Source: Geosiphon pyriformis uo1 | Lineage: Eukaryota; Fungi; Glomeromycota | Reading direction: 5' to 3' | DNA length: 64,000 bases | Assembly: GCA_016748015.1 (NCBI GenBank) | Contig: JAAOMT010000786.1 | Coordinates: forward strand, 685,814-749,813 | Part shown: positions 37,530 through 53,100 of the stretch, piece by piece | Numbering within the stretch: position 1 is the first letter of the stretch | How the letters are laid out: each line of letters begins with the position of its first letter | Position numbers and translations under genes: made by a program | The notes under the pieces: generated by a model | Databases searched by the model: none | What the model was told of the DNA's origin: nothing | Seen by the model: only the letters and a program-made list of their open reading frames with translations

Positions 37530-38843
37530 TAGCCACTTTATTTTTAGATAGTAATTATTAACCTGATCAATAACCTGATTATTGATCTGATCATTGACTT
37601 AGTTGTTAATCTAATTATTAATTATTTTTAATAGCTATATAAATAATGAGTCTTTTAGCTATAAAAAGTATCAATGTAACAAATAATTAAAAATAAATAA
37701 AATAATAATTATTATATTAATTTTTCTTATATTACTTATTTTTTTTTTTTACTTTTAAGTATCTAAAAATTTTGGAATAAAAGATTATTTTTTGGTATTT
37801 ATTTATCTTTTTTCTAATTTGTATAATTGTAGCATTTAAAAATTTTTGAATAAAACATGACTAAAGAGTATATCTAATATCTGATATTAAATTCTAAGAA
37901 TATTTACATAAGACATAAAATTATACCAATGTATTATCATTTGTTAACAATACAGATTATTCTTTTACCTTTAGATTTTCTGATTATCTTTTAAAAAAAA
38001 TAGCAATTAAGATATTTTATAAGACTGATCTTGTACATTAAATCCATACTTATTTAATTCATTTTTTGAAGTTGAATTTTCTTTGATTAATTCTATTATT
38101 CTACAATTCTGTTTTTTCTTGTTATTCATTAGGTTATTACTTCAACTTATAACATAAAAGTAATGCTTTCTGTAAGATTGTTAAAATCCACTTATTTTCT
38201 TATTATATAAGTAATTATTCATATCTGTTATAATAATTAAAAGAATACTTTAAAGCACACAACAAAAATAATCTAGATTTCATTGTACTTAATCTTCTGC
38301 TTTCTTGTTTAATCTGTTTCTTTCTTAAAAACAATCCAGTAGACAATTTTAAAACTTTTGAAACTGGTTTCTAAATAAGCATTCAGCTAAAACCTATATA
38401 GTTTATACAATCTATTTCTTTAATCAAGCCTACTTTAAAAAAATTCTTGAAAAAAAAAATAACAATATCAATCAGCTCTTATACTTAACAACTTTTAAAT
38501 AACAACTTTCTAATTTTGAATATCTGAATTACCAAATTCAAATCTGGATTGCTATTTATTAATTAACTGAAATCTTTTTTGAAACAGAAAAAGAAAACTA
38601 TCAAACTGCTTCTGTTTTTGATTTCTTTTTAAGTAAATCAAACTATTTTATTCAAACACCTATTTCTGAACCAATAACTATTAACTCTATGCAAACAAAC
38701 ATCTTGGTTGCTCTTCAAGATATAAAAACTATTCTAGAGTAAAAAAACAATACCTTATTACTATTATTTAAAAGTAATGTATAAAATCTAATTAAATAGT
38801 TAAATAACTTTAAAAGAGCTACTACAACTAATTAATATAATGC
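37530..38843 (+). mobile_element. Heavily decayed 5' fragment (LTR remnant, PBS remnant, gag start) of a fourth Gypsy family
   Basis: TATAACA...TAATGCTTTCTGTAAGA at ~38148-38177 resembles an eroded LTR end plus PBS; gag-like LLFKSNVxNLIKxLNNFKRATTTNxYN near 38760-38840. Confidence 0.55.
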
Positions 38844-39856
38844 TGTTACAGATAAACTTGGTGGTATAGAATGATAATGTTTGGTGTTCACAATTTGGGT
38901 TTTTAGAGAGCTTTTGAAGATTTTTTTTTAGTAAGTCTGTTTAATATGTTAATATTATTAGTCTCTAAAAGTCTTTTTAATTAATGTGAATTTATCTGTA
39001 GAGTTTTTTGTTTATAAAACACAAAAAGATGGTTTTGTGGTGTTGCAATTTTGTATATGTAAACTATTTTCTCTAAGTTAGTTAAGCATAGCACTAAGAT
39101 CTGGTGGTGTTTTTTTATTTTTCTGATAAGTTAATAAGATAATGTTAATATCCAATTCTAAAAAAAGCTTTTCTCTTTTATCAGGCTATTATAAAGTTTA
39201 TTTCCAGACAGTTAATTTTATGTTGTTAATTCACAAAAGAAAACAAAAAATAAAATAAAAAGAAATAAAAAATAAATAAAATAAAAAAAGAGAAATTAGT
39301 ATTATCAATTGCCATAATTAAAAGCAATTGGTTCAAGTTATAATGATTTGTGATGGTTTTATGCTAAGAGCATCTAGCCAAGAATAAAAATAAGAACAAA
39401 ATTAATTTAGCTAATATGTAAAAACAGAAATTATATAGATGTAGATTTTGGGTTTTTAATATTTTTTTTTATTTCAGTAATATAAAATATAAGATATAAT
39501 AAGGAATATATAGCAGATATAAGTAAAAGAAAATTGATTCTTGTTTTTTCTGTTTGTCTTTTTATTTTCTACAACTATTTTTTTTTATATATTTTTTTTA
39601 GTTTTATAAAACTGCTTTTGATTATTTCATTATTACTAATTATTGCTTGCTATTTTTGTTATTGTTTTATTTCTCTATATTATTACTAGTTATCTTAAGT
39701 TTAACTAGTTTTTTTGTGTTATATTGTGTTTTTGCATTTTGTATTGTGTTATTTTGTGTTATTACACGTTATTCTGTGTTTTTTTGTATTATTCTGTATT
39801 ATTTTATGTTATCACATTTTTTTATAATTTGAATTGGTTTTTCTACTTAAGTAATA
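38844..39856 (-). mobile_element. Solo LTR of family 3 (no TSD)
   Basis: TGTTACAGATAAACTTGGTGG...TTCTACTTAAGTAATA is colinear with 61489-62563. Confidence 0.85.
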
Positions 39857-42800
39857 TCAGCACCTGTTATTCACACTGTTTTTTTTGGTGGTATATCATA
39901 AATTAAGATTGTTGGTGGATTCTTTTTTTCTTCTCTTCTCATAAGAAATAATTCAGTAAACTTTGGCTTCTTTTTGGAGATGAAGTCTTTTTTACTTGTG
40001 TTTAAAAAATTAAATAGTAGATTTACTATTTTTGAGTGCAGTTTTACCAGTCTCATAGAGCAAGTTGGTGAGCTAGCTAAGAGGTTGAATGTATTTAGAC
40101 CAACAGTTTTCTAGTATAGCTCTGAATATTAACTATTAATAACTCTTTTATTACAGAATTAAGAATGAATATAATAATAAATAAGAGTTTAAATATAATT
40201 ACTAATAATAAAACTGTTGTAAAAGCAATGGTTTTTAATCCATTAGTTGTTTCAAAGTTAGAAGAAAATATGAATAGTTTATTGGCTATGGTTATAAGCT
40301 TAATAACCAAAATAAACAAAATTAGTTTAAATTTAAATACTTGTTCTTTCAAATGACCAGTTTAATTTAAAAAATAGCTGTATGCAATGTTAAGAAAATA
40401 AACAATTTGGTTAAGCAAAAAAATATTGTTAAATGGCATAAAAAATCAAATAATCTAATTTCTATTATTACTGAAATAAAATTGAAAAAACAACAGATAT
40501 TATGAATAAAAAACAAGTTTTCTAATATGAAAGTGTTTGTGTCTGGTTTGGATTCTGGTTATCTTGGTTTAAAATAGCAATAATTATGAATAATTTAATT
40601 GCTTAGCATGTATTCAAAGTATTAGAAATTCCAAGTTATTTTCTATTAATTCACTTTTTGTTTAAAGATAGTCTTTTAGTTGTAATCTTGAGTATATATA
40701 CTAATGTTTTAGTAGATACATGTTTTGGCCAAGCTGGTAAAATGAACTCATTTATTTTCAAAGCTATCAGTTCTGAAATCTTTGTGGTACTAAGTAGTAA
40801 CTTCAATGAGAATATAATAGAAAAAAGTACTAGCTTTAGTAAATATTATAGTTTAGATTTACATAACTTATTTATAAAAGATTTTTCAACTAAGATACTA
40901 ATATAAAGCAATTTTAGAAATATAAAAAAGACTATTGATTATATTTTTGTCAATGAACATTTGTTGTCAGTAATTATTAACTATAGAGTTTTTAATATAA
41001 CTGAGTTTTTTAATATTGACCACAAAGCTATAACAATTTTGTTTGACATTAATGGCTTTTTGGATGTTTATTTAAATAAAGTGTGCAAACAAATTAATTG
41101 TAATTATTAGAAATTTAAATTAAAAAATGCAAATAGGTTGAAGTAAACTTATTTTAAAAAAAACATATTATTAAGCTTAGATTTAGCTTAGCATAAATTT
41201 CAAACAGCAAAAAATCAAGATGTTTTAAACAGAATATAAAATTGTTTGTAAAAAGTGGTAATAGATTTGGTAAAAAAGTTTTTTCTAAAATATGATACAA
41301 TAAGTTTAATACATTAAAAAATAAACAGTTTTCAAAATTTTTCAGGTTGGAATTATTGGTTTTTAAGATAGTCAAGACTTTTTTCTTTAAAAATAATTTT
41401 GAATTTAACCAGTTCATAAAAGTATAATTAGTGGTTGATCATAACAAAGCTTTAGTTGTCAAGTTATTGGTTAAACAAAAAATTAGATCTGAAAAAGTTT
41501 TTGGTTATCTGTTTGAAGCTAGAAAAAAATATCATGTATTAAAGTTTCAGGAATTAAAGACTGCTAAGGCATTAGTCATTAGAGAAACTATTAATAAAAG
41601 AATAAAAAATTTTAACACAGACAAAGACTGCATAATAAAAATTGTTCTAAAATAATTATTCTAAAAGATAGTATTAGATTATTTGGTGGCTGATAATAAG
41701 TTAGTGCTAAAGCCAGATAAGATAAAAAATAAAGTAGACAATATTATAGAAGATTAAACAAAAAAGAGCTTGGTACTAGATATTATGTCTGATTTCTGGT
41801 TTTATTAGTATGCTCTTTTGGAGCATATAAATAATAGTGCATTTTTTGGGATAATAAAAAACATCAGTTTTAAGGAATTAAAACAGATTGTTGGCTGTCT
41901 TCCTGATGGCAAAACAGCTGGTTTATCAGGTATTTTAAATGAATTGTAAAAGCATAGCAGTAATAATATCTTAAAGTGTTTTTTGGATCTATTAAATAGT
42001 TGTTTGATTTTGGGATTTGTTTTTGTGTTTTAAAAAAAGGCTTGGGTTTTTATAATTCTAAAACTTTATGATTGGAAAGATGTGTTAATAAATACAAAAA
42101 ATTGTGTTGATTGAAACAGCAAGAAAGATCTTTTTAAAAATTTTGTCAAATTGCATATTTTTTGCTTGTGTTAAGTTTAATGTGTTTCATAAGACAAATT
42201 TTTCAGTGCTTAAAAACACATCTACTCAGAATCCTATTTTTGTGGTGAACTTAATTGTTAAAAATACTTTGGAGAAAGACAAGAAAATATGACTGGTTTT
42301 GTAAAATATGCAAAAGGCTTATAACTCAATTGGCTAAATTTATATACAGCAGAGTTTGAAGCATATAAAAATGTCTAAGAGATTTGTTGTGTTTTTTGGC
42401 AATTTGCATAAAAACCAAGTTAATAGGATAATAACAGATTTTGGCTTCTTAAAAAGTTATAAAGTACACAATAGACTGGATCAAGATAAGATTTTTTTAC
42501 CACTTCTTTGAAGAATATTTTATGATTCTGTTTTATGTAAGATCAAAAGACATAAAAATTTATGCAGTTATTATATTAACACCAAGTTTGTTGCCAAATT
42601 AGAAAAAGTGAAAGCCAATTCAAACAGAATGTTATTTTTTGTAGCTGGAACTTTGTTGATAATATAATTTAAATAGGAAGTAGTTATATTTCTACTCAAT
42701 ATATTTTGGATATTACTAGCAAGTTTTTTTTTATCAATAATGTTTTAATAAAAAATAAAAAAACTGTGGCTATTTCTATCAATCAGAGAATTAAAGTTGC

Positions 42801-44049
42801 TTTCTTGTCTATAAACAGCTTGCTAATTACAATTGCATAAAAAAATGTGCTATACAGATATTTGAATATCTTTTTTTCAACAAAGGATTTGTTCAAATCC
42901 AGCTTGGCAAGATGCATTTGAATGTAAAATTTTTTTTTTAATATGGTATTAAAAAAAACTTTTTCAGATAAATGGTTTTTGTATTTGGTTTTAGCTATAC
43001 TACAGCCAATTATAATTATAGAATGCAATTTAGTTTTATCTTAAAAAGTATATATAACAAATAGAATACTTTAATTAAAAAGAGACTTAAGACCAAGACT
43101 AATCTACTAAGAAACTTTTTTGGTAAATTTTTGTATTATTTATCTTTGTATAAATTGAAATTATTTGAATAAATACAAGCTAAAGATAAGATCACATTAA
43201 TAACAGCTTTTTTTAATATTACTGGTATTTTTGGTAGGCTGTTTAAACACTATTTTTTGGATTTACAGATTTTAGGGTGGATGTTTTTAACCTTTTTGCA
43301 ATTCCCTGTAAAATTAAAAGTTAGTCTAATGAACAATTTTTTGATAGGATTGGTTAAACTTTTTTTGGACAACAAAATCTCTTTGGTTAACAATTTATCT
43401 AGTGCTTTTTATCATGCAAGCAAATTTTCAATGTTAGTGATTTGGAAAATTTTTGTTATTATGACATAGTCAATTTATTAAAGCATTATGAGATGGCTTT
43501 TGATAATAGACTTTTGGACAAATATTAAATAATTGTAAATTAGAAAATATTTTATTATTAGAAAAGACTAAATTCAAGAAGTTTAATACCATATTAATTT
43601 GTTATTGTTTTTGGATTTATGTTTGCTTTTTGTTATAAGTCTTCTTAAACACTATTATTTAATAATTTTAATAATGTTTTGAATTAGAACTATTTATATT
43701 AAGTTTGGTCTAAAAGTTTTAATGTTTATATTAATAAATTTTTAAAGAATAAGAGTTTATTTTCTGTGGTTTGTGAAATGGTAGTTTATTTTCTAAATGT
43801 TGATTTGAGTATTGGAGTAAAGATTCAAAATTTGGTTTCATTAACAATAGCAAAATTACAAGCAGTTGTATTGGTTTTAGAATGTGTTTTTATGTTTTTT
43901 TAGTAGTCTTGTATTTAAATAGTCAAGTAATAATAGACATATGTATTTCTGATTTAGAGCTTTGGCAGCCTAATTTTTATAATGTTTGCTGATTGGAATA
44001 CAGACATATTGTTAATTTAATTAGAGATAAAAATCTAATAGTTAAATAG

Positions 44050-44824
44050 TATTATAGATAATTATTTGGGATTTCAAATCAAATAACAAACTCGTAACTT
44101 GGTGCTCAATTAATAGTTGATAATGTTGGTTTCTGAAAGTGTTTATGGATCTGAAAATTTTGGTGTAGAGTTCTTTGTATAATGGACAGAAATTTAATAG
44201 TTGTTTCAATAGTCTCCTGGAATTGCAATTCCATCGAATTTTTTTCTCAGCATGGTAACCAGTAATCTTTCTGGTAAGCTATTCTCAAATTTATGAGTGT
44301 TTTACCCTTGTTTCAAGAGTTTTTTACCAGTTCCTATGATGTCTGTAACTCAGTGCTTTAATTCTTAATCAATTAGTCAACCAAAAAAAAATACAAAGAA
44401 AATAAAGAAATGAGCAAAAGCAATTGCAAGTTAGTATTCCGTCAATAGCCATAATTAAGAACTATTGTTCCAGCATGGTTAAGTATCAATTATTATCAAC
44501 ATGAAGTATTGATAGTGGGGAGTGAATTGAGATAGTGAATAATTATTTATTGATATTTTTGAATAAAAGATTGCTTAGATCAAATCTAAACTGAGAGGTC
44601 TGTTTTTTCTACTTCTAACACTACTGCTATATATACATAATTGAGATTCCTCAATTCCTCAATTCTTCACATCAGGAATCCTGTAATTCCTTGTATGAAA
44701 ATCCTGAAATTCTTGAAATTCTGCAATTTCTTTTGAGAGGAATCCTGGAATTCTATATTTATTATGGTTATTTCTAATTGGCTAATTTATATGCTAATAT
44801 ACTTCCTATATTTTATAAGTAATA
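44050..44824 (-). repeat. Gypsy-2 3' LTR
   Basis: Repeat of 53214-54004; adjacent to the PPT. Confidence 0.93.
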
Positions 44825-44829
44825 TTATT

Positions 44830-45476
44830 CTCTTCTTTTTCATATTGAGCTCTGTTGAGATCTCCCAAATCTCCTAACTCTAATTCTCTGTCATTGAGTA
44901 TTTCTTGAACTTTTTTTTCGAGAATTATTTGAGTTATCTTGTTCTATAATTCTTCAAATTGGGTGTTGGTTATTTTTCCTATTTGGTTAACTGTAATAGA
45001 GTCCAATTCCAGATTAAATAAAATTTCTGGTCTGTCTTGGAATCCCATATGTAACTTATAGATGGCTTTTGCTTGTGTAATCAAATTGTTTTTTTCTACA
45101 AATTGTTCCAGTTGTTGCAGTATTGTTGTGTTAAATAATTATTTTGTTTTATCTGTGTATAAGTTCTGAATATTCAAGTGTTGTCCCAAGTGGAAATAAC
45201 AAAAGTTTCTTGGAAATTTGTGTATCCACTATTTCCAAGTTTCTTTGGTTAACTCTTAATATGTGGTGACATTTATTGGTTCTTCTATTGCTAATTTTAT
45301 TTTCAAACCATTTTGTTGATAGTGTTTTCTGTTTTTCTTTGACTTTTGTATTTGGGTATTTTTCTGGTGTTTCAATATCAAATGGTTTGTTAATTGATAG
45401 TAATTTCCATATTCTGTTGTTGAATTAGTTGGAAGAATTGTTGTGTTAGTGAGTAGATATTGTCAGTGATTTCCAT
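44830..45476 (-). pseudogene. Gypsy-2 3' accessory ORF (decayed)
   Basis: MEITDNIYSLTQQ...CYFHLGQHL...AKAIYKLHMGF...ITVNQIGKITNTQFEEL; homologous to the Gypsy-1 ORF. Confidence 0.7.
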
Positions 45477-45534
45477 TTTTCTGATGTCTTTTGTTATGTC
45501 TACTATGTCTTTATATACTCTTTTTATTGTTCAA

Positions 45535-48500
45535 TTTTATGTGTTTGGTTCAATGATTATGATTGGTTCCAGATCTTATGGAATCTTATCTGGTTGGATT
45601 AGTATTCTCTGTACTCCTAATTGTGAAATATTACTGGTGGATGGTAATAATATATGGTAATATAGTTTTAGTTGATTATCATGTGCTGCTTTGACTAAGA
45701 TTTTGTTGTCTCATCTTAATTTATAAGCTCCATTTCCAAAAATTTTTTCTATGTGAAATGGTTTGTCTTATTTGGGGTCAAATTTTTTATTTTATTGTTT
45801 TTTTGCTTTAGTACAATGTAGAAGTACTTTGTCTCCAATCTTGAATTCAACTGGTTTATCTGGTAATTGGTTATTATGTTTTTCTTTTTGTTTTTTCTGT
45901 AATTTGTGTATGTTATCTACTGCTCTTTGCTGTTTGTTTTCTAGTGTTTTCATCAAGTTATATGTTTTTTTTAGCAATGTTTTCAGAAAATTGTCTTTAG
46001 TTATTGGTTCTGTTGGATAGGTGTTAACTTCTATCTCAACTGGTAATGTTGCTGTTCTACTGTATACTAATTCAAATGGTGTTGTTTATGCAGTGTCCTG
46101 TTTCATTGTCCAATAAGCAAATAATACTGATAGTATAAACAAGTCTCATTCATTCTGGTTTTTTTGACTGATTTTGGCAATTGCTTCACACAATGTTCTT
46201 TTAAATCTTTCAACTAACCTATTTGTTTGTGGATGGTATGATGATGATAATGGTTTTTTTATTCCAAATCTTTGGCTTAATTCTGCTAATGTTCTATTCA
46301 CAAAGTAAGTTCCTTGATCAGATAATAATTCTTTTAGACATCCATATTGACAGATCAGATTTTAATGAACAAATTTGGCAACAGATTCTGCATCTGCTTT
46401 TTGAATGGCTTTTGCTTTTGGCCATTTAGTAAGATAGTCCATGGCTACTACAATATATCTGTTGTCTTTGTTGGTGATTGTTAATAGTCCAACTAAATTA
46501 ATTCCAATACAATCAAATAGTTGTCTTACTTTGATTGGTTTCAATGGTTCACTGGGTTTTGTTTCTCCTCTTCTCTGATAAGTATCACAGTTTTAAACAT
46601 ACTGAATAATGTCTGAATACATTGATGGCCAATAGTATCTTTTTCTAGTTCTTTTTATGATTGTTTCTTTATGAAAATGTCTTACTGTTGGATCTGAATG
46701 CATGTTGAACAATATTGTCTCTTTTTCCAGTTCTGTAATTACTCTTGTTGGCTGGTCTGGATTTCTTTTGTTTTTCTGGTAAAGTATATTTTAATGATTA
46801 ATAAAATATTTTGATTGTTGTTTTATGTTGTTTTGTTCCTTTTGAGATAATTTCTCCTTGAACAATTAGATATTTATATAATATTGGAGTTGTTAGTATT
46901 TTTGTATATTCATCTTTTGTTAAATTTTTGGGTTTGAAATGTTTTAGATTTGTCTCATTCATGACAAACCATTGGCATTTCTATTGTTTTTTCTCTTTTT
47001 ATAATGTACTGTATAATTGAATGGTGAAAGTTCTATTTTTTATCTGACATGGTGGTCATCTCCAAATTTTTGCTTCTGAATTGAAGTCAATTTCTTGTGA
47101 TCAGTGTACACCTTAAATTTTTGACTCAAGTATTCCTTCTACTTAATAACAGCCCAATAAATGGCTAAGTGTTCTAATGCTGAAGTTCCATAGTTTTTTT
47201 CAGCTGGACTTAAGCTTCTACTGGTGTAAGCTACTGGGTGTTCTCATCCATTGGGTCTTTTCTGAGATAATACTACTTCCAATGCTTGACCAGATGCATC
47301 AGTTGTGATTATGAATGGCTTGCTATAATCTGAATAGATTAATACTGGAGCTTGAATAAGCTTTTTTCTTAATATATTAAAAGCTTCTTGCTGAGTTTTT
47401 GTTTATTCATACTTGGTGTTTTTTGTTTGGAGCTGGTGCAGTGGTTGAACTATTTTAGAAAAGTCTTTGATAAAGTGGCAGTAGTATCCAGCAAATTCCA
47501 AGAATGCTCTCAATTTTGTGAGATTATTTGGTACTGAAAAGTTCTTGACAATTTCAATCTTGTCTGGATCCATTTTAATTCCATCTTTGTTTACAACATG
47601 CCCCAAAAACTTGAGTTCAGTTTTTCCAAAAAAACATTTGGTTGCATTTAGCTTTAATTTGGCTCTTTTTAGTCTTTCAAACACTTGTTGGAGATGATAC
47701 AGATGATTATCAAATGTTTTTGAGAACACATTGGTGTTATTTAAGTATACAACTACTGATTTTCATAGTAGCTCAGTATAAACAATTTCCATAAGTCACT
47801 GGAAAATGGCTGGAGCATTCATCAAGCCAAATGGCATTACTTCGAATTCAAAGTTTCCTTCTCAAGTTGTGAAAGCCATTTTTTCTTTGTCTTTTGGTTT
47901 CATGGCTACTTGCCAGTAATTACTGTCTAAGTTTAACATTAAAAACCATTTCTTTCCTCCAAAAGCATCAAACAGCTCTTGAATCTTTGGCATTGAATAG
48001 CTATCTCCTTTGGTTACTCTATTTAACTTCCAGTAATTTACACAAAAGTGAATTTTTCTATTCTTTTTCTGGACTAGTACCACTGGTAATGACCATGAAT
48101 TCATTAATGGCTGAATTAGCCTATTGTCAAGCATCCAATTGATTTCTTGACAAATAATCTCATGGCTAGTTGGTGGTACTCTGTATACTCTCTGTTTAAT
48201 TGGCATTGTATCTCCAGTCTTGATTTAATATTGGATGATGTCAGTTCTGCCAAATTCATTTTTGCTGGCAAAGATGTTATTGAAATTGTTGAGTAATATT
48301 TTGAGCTGCATATGTTGTAATGGATCTAAGTTTTCTATGTTTATTTGTTCCAATTGTTTTGATTGAAGCAAATAACATTCTTCTTGTCTGTATATGGTTT
48401 GAGATATAATATCCACATATCCACACAGTTGTGAAAAATCTGGAATGGTGTCTGGAAATTGGTTTTCAATTTCTGTGGTCAAGTATTCAATGGTGGTTTC

Positions 48501-50132
48501 TTCTGGTATCTCAATAATGTCTTCTGTATTGTTGTAAATAGAGATTTTGATGTGGCTGTGGTTTTTGGCTGGTATGTGTAGATTGACTAATTTGATCTTT
48601 TCTGATTCACAAAGTGTTGCTTCCACTTCAAAAATCTGTATTTGATCTTTTACTTTTTTTTCTATGACTACCATGTACTGGTTATATGATAGAATAGAAA
48701 TTAGTTGACGAGTGGAGATAATTTCTCCCTTGTCAATAAGTTTTTCTTCTGCCATATTAACCAGTACATCTATTCTACTTGTGGATCTGAATTCCTGTAT
48801 CTCTCTAGCTGTGATCCCTAATTCTTTCCTGTTTCCCACTGATACTAATTGAGCTATTTTAAACAGAAACAGGAATATTGTCTGTGCTATCTTTTTATTT
48901 GGATCTATAATATATGTCTTTTCTAAATTATTTTGTAGCATTGCAATAATATTTCCTATGTATTCTGTGTCAATTATTCCTTCTCTAATGTTGATTCCTT
49001 TTTTGGCTAAGCTACTCCTAGATGCTAACTGAACTATTGTTGTTGCTAAAATTTCTAGTGCTATTTTGAGATCAATACAGATGTGTGAATGGGATTCCAA
49101 TTTGATGGGATTTTTTCCTGGATATTTCAGATCAAATTCTACATCAGTATTATGTATGTGTTCTGGCATAATACCTTCATTATTATTGCTAAACCATTTA
49201 AGTTCCTGTTTCTTGGTAAGATCAGGGAGTGTGATGTATGTTTTGGGGTTTGAATTAGAGTTTGAATTACTATATTTTCCATTGCCACATTGAGCAGAGC
49301 TGAAACTATTGTTTTTATTATCATCATTGTCAGAGTTTAAATCAGAATTGAAAGTTGATTCTGATTTTAATATGCAGCTGCTAATTGGTTCCTCTTCTTT
49401 TGGAATTGTATAGATCATGCAAATTGGTGGATTGTAAATGAGATTATACTTATTACAATATTGAAAGTCATATGGAATTAAACAATGGTCACAGAGTTTT
49501 GTATTTATTTCTTCCAACCATTGCTTTTATTCCTCTCTAGTGGGTACTAATTTCTGGTAGTGTTCATAGAATTGTTCTAAATCCAGGAGGTTTATGACTG
49601 GTTCTGGGTCTCAATCAAGTTCTATGGGCTTAGGAGGGTTATTTTTGATTATCTTTATTTCTTTTGATGACACTCCTTTGATTTTGGCGAAAGCCATTTG
49701 TCAAATTTTGTTATTGTCATGTGGACATCTGTTCAAGTGTTTGACTGCTTATCTCTAGGCAGCATCTATGAGCATTTTTTTTCTTACTCAGTCACTTATA
49801 AGAATTGTGTACTGACATGATTTGTCACATGTTTTTCCTTTTTTAAGAATGTTATTCCACATTCTTTTGTCAAGGAGAGTTTTACCACAAGCCAAGCACA
49901 GCTTATTATCTTATTTTTTAACTCGTTTTGGTCTTCCAAAGCATTCAATGACATATAGGCGGCAATAAAATTTAGTTGCTGTTAGGTATTTTTTATTGTC
50001 GTCACAGCATGCACCCATTAATAACAATTTCTTGTCACAATCAATGCATATAAGCTTTGGTCAACAATAATGTAATTGTGGTGGTTAAAAGTAAGTATAT
50101 GAGATATATGTTGGGGTAGTGATTGGTTTTGG

Positions 50133-50163
<31 letters not shown>

Positions 50164-53100
50164 CAAGTCCAAATTAGTGCCTGCTTGCTTTGACTATTAC
50201 TGTCTCAATAACTTTAGTTAGTTTCTCCAGTAAGTTCTTCTTCTCTTCTTTCCTTTTCTTTGTCATTCCATAATAGTATTGGCAGTAGTTCATTATGTTC
50301 TGTGTCAGTTTAGAAGACTTGGTAGGCTTCTTAGGTAGGTTTTCTTTCTTCTTCTTTGAACTCGATGAGTGAAGCTGATGTCATGTTGCTAGACTTGAAG
50401 TGGCCATATGTGGCTGGTACACATAGGTGTTGACCATTTTGACTAATTTGGAGCTCTTGAGTGTTTCAATTGAGTGTTGTATTGGCTTTGAACAGCCAGT
50501 TATTACCAACAAGTGCTTGATATTGGGTGGCCTCCATAATTAATGTTTTAATTGGTACAATAATGCCATTGACTTCTATACAAAAGTCATTAATCTCGCC
50601 AATTGAAGTTTTGGTTGCTTCATCAGCAATAATTATACATGTACTGGCAGTGCGATCAACTTAGTAACCTAATTGGTTCATAAGTTGTCATGTAATGATG
50701 CTGTCAGCTGATTTACTGTCTAGGATCAGTTTGATGGTGTGACCATCAACTTTCACGCCAGTGTACATGGCAGTGATCAGTTTGGTGTCAAGAGTGGCTC
50801 TACTGAATAATAAAATTGATGTGGTTTTCTCGAGTTTGAAAGAAAAAATTAGTAGGGATTCATCATTGGAGATGATTGTTGGTAGAATATTGCTGGTAAA
50901 ATATTGTTGGTAAGTGGCTGCTTCTGTTTGGGTTCTCAATTGTTGGGTGAGGCATCTTCTGAAGTAACTAGAAGACTTAAATACTGTTGAGCATTTGGGT
51001 TTTGGGTGTATCCAGTGCCCAAATTCCATTGTCAAGATCCTAATAACTGGTTTGAGGAACTGGGGATCAGTTGATGGACTACCATTGATGATTTTTAACT
51101 CTGTTGTGTTAGTTTTGGCCTTTGAATTCCATTTTGAGATAAGTTTTGTGGTGGTGTTTGAATTTGTTGGGGTTGATAGATTATTTGAGGCTGCAGCTAA
51201 TAAATAAGTTGAGACTGCAATTGATAGATTACTGGTGTTGTTGGTTGATAAACTGGTGGTTGATAGATTGGTTGTTGTGTTATAAGTAGGTAATTTGGTT
51301 GATACAGTTCTGGATTTGATTGATAATTCGGAGTCTAAAACCTGCAATTGGAGTTTTAATATTGATTTTCCCATTATTGGTTATCTAGTCTGAACCTACA
51401 GTCAATTTTCAAATGTCTTTGTTTACTACAGTAGTGGCAAACATGCATCTCTTACTGCCATGTCTGATTGGTTAAAGATGATAAACATGACTGATTTAGT
51501 GGGCAATTTATGCTTCTAGAATTATTACATTGTTGAGATGGCTGATAAATTGCGCAATTGTCAGCTAAATATCCTTCCAATTTCTGATTAATTGAATTAC
51601 TAAGCTGTTTCAATTTGGAATCCAAGTCAGATGATCTATTCATAATCAGGTTAACAGCTTAAGCATGATTTGCTTTAAGTTTTGCTGATTCAAAATCTTT
51701 TGCATTAGTGACTGCATTTTGGAGAGTTTGTAGGTGCATTGGGTGTACACATTGGAGAAGACTACTGCACAGTCCATGGATAAACTGGTTTAGGATCTGT
51801 GGCACTGTAAAATAGTCAGCTTGAATTGCTTGAATTTGGCGTAAATTCCTGTGAAAATGTCTTAAGTAAATGGTAACTGCTTCAGTTTCTCCCTATTTAA
51901 TTGTGGTAAAGGTGTTGACTAAGTGATTAATACTGTTATTATTACTGAAATATTCCAAGAACACAACCCTGAATTCCTGGAATGTTTGAGGTTTGGTGGC
52001 TAAACTTTGATATCATGAATTGGCAGTATTTTGGAGAAAATAGGAAATGGCTTAGAGTGCTCTTATGTTGTTCCATCCATTGGCCGTGATGGTCTTTTCA
52101 ATGTCATTAAGCCATATTTAAGTGTCATCTTCTTTGCTAGTGAATTTCTCAAGTTTTGCTATTGGAACATAGACCATTGAATCCAAGTTTGATTGTTGAA
52201 GTTGTTGTTGTAATTGTTGGGGTGGTTGAAGCGACTGCTATTGAATCAGTTCAATAATTGGTTCAATTGGTGGTTGATCAATGATGATTACTGAAGATAA
52301 GTGTTGCTGATTAATTGTTTCAGGGTTTGTATTGTTCAGATTTTGAGGAGTTTGAAAGTTCGGAGTTTCAATTTCTGGATTTTTTAAATTTGGATCTTGC
52401 TGAATCTGAAAGTTTGGGGTTTCAATGTTTGGGTTTTCCAGAATCAGGTTCTGGTAAGTAAATTCTTAATCTTCGGCTTCTTTTTCTTTCTTCTTTTCTG
52501 ATTCTATTATCTTTCAGGGACTCACATTTCCGAAATCTGGTTGAGATGGCAATGATTGAAATCTTGATGGTGTTGGTGATCACAATTTAAATCCTTCAAA
52601 ATAATTGCCATAGGTTTCTAGTAATTCTGTTTTCTTTTGTTTACTTTGAAATGGGAATTGTTTAAATGTTAATGTCATGTTTAATGTGAATGCATCTACT
52701 GATGAAATATTGATGACACTTTCTGGTATATAATAATATGATGGATTGGTTGGTGATTTGACTCTGGTTTTCTTTCAAATAGGTGGTTGTATTTGTTTTG
52801 GTGTTACTGCTGGTGTTTGTAATCTTTCTTTGCCTTTGTCTGCATAGATGATAAGGAATTGTTGTTGTGTGTATCTTTCAATGGTTTGATTGATTTCCCT
52901 GATAATTGGTACAAAACTGTAGTTTTTTGGTAAGCTGGTATGTTGAAATAATTCTGTATAGAAATTTTTCTTTGTGAATTCAATGTTAACTGTTTCTCCT
53001 AAGCAGTTTGTGATTTTATCATTAACATAAAAGTTGAAGACTGATTCTGTTGAAAAATGGTTATTGTTTAATCCTAATTGTTGGCTATACTGTTGAAACA

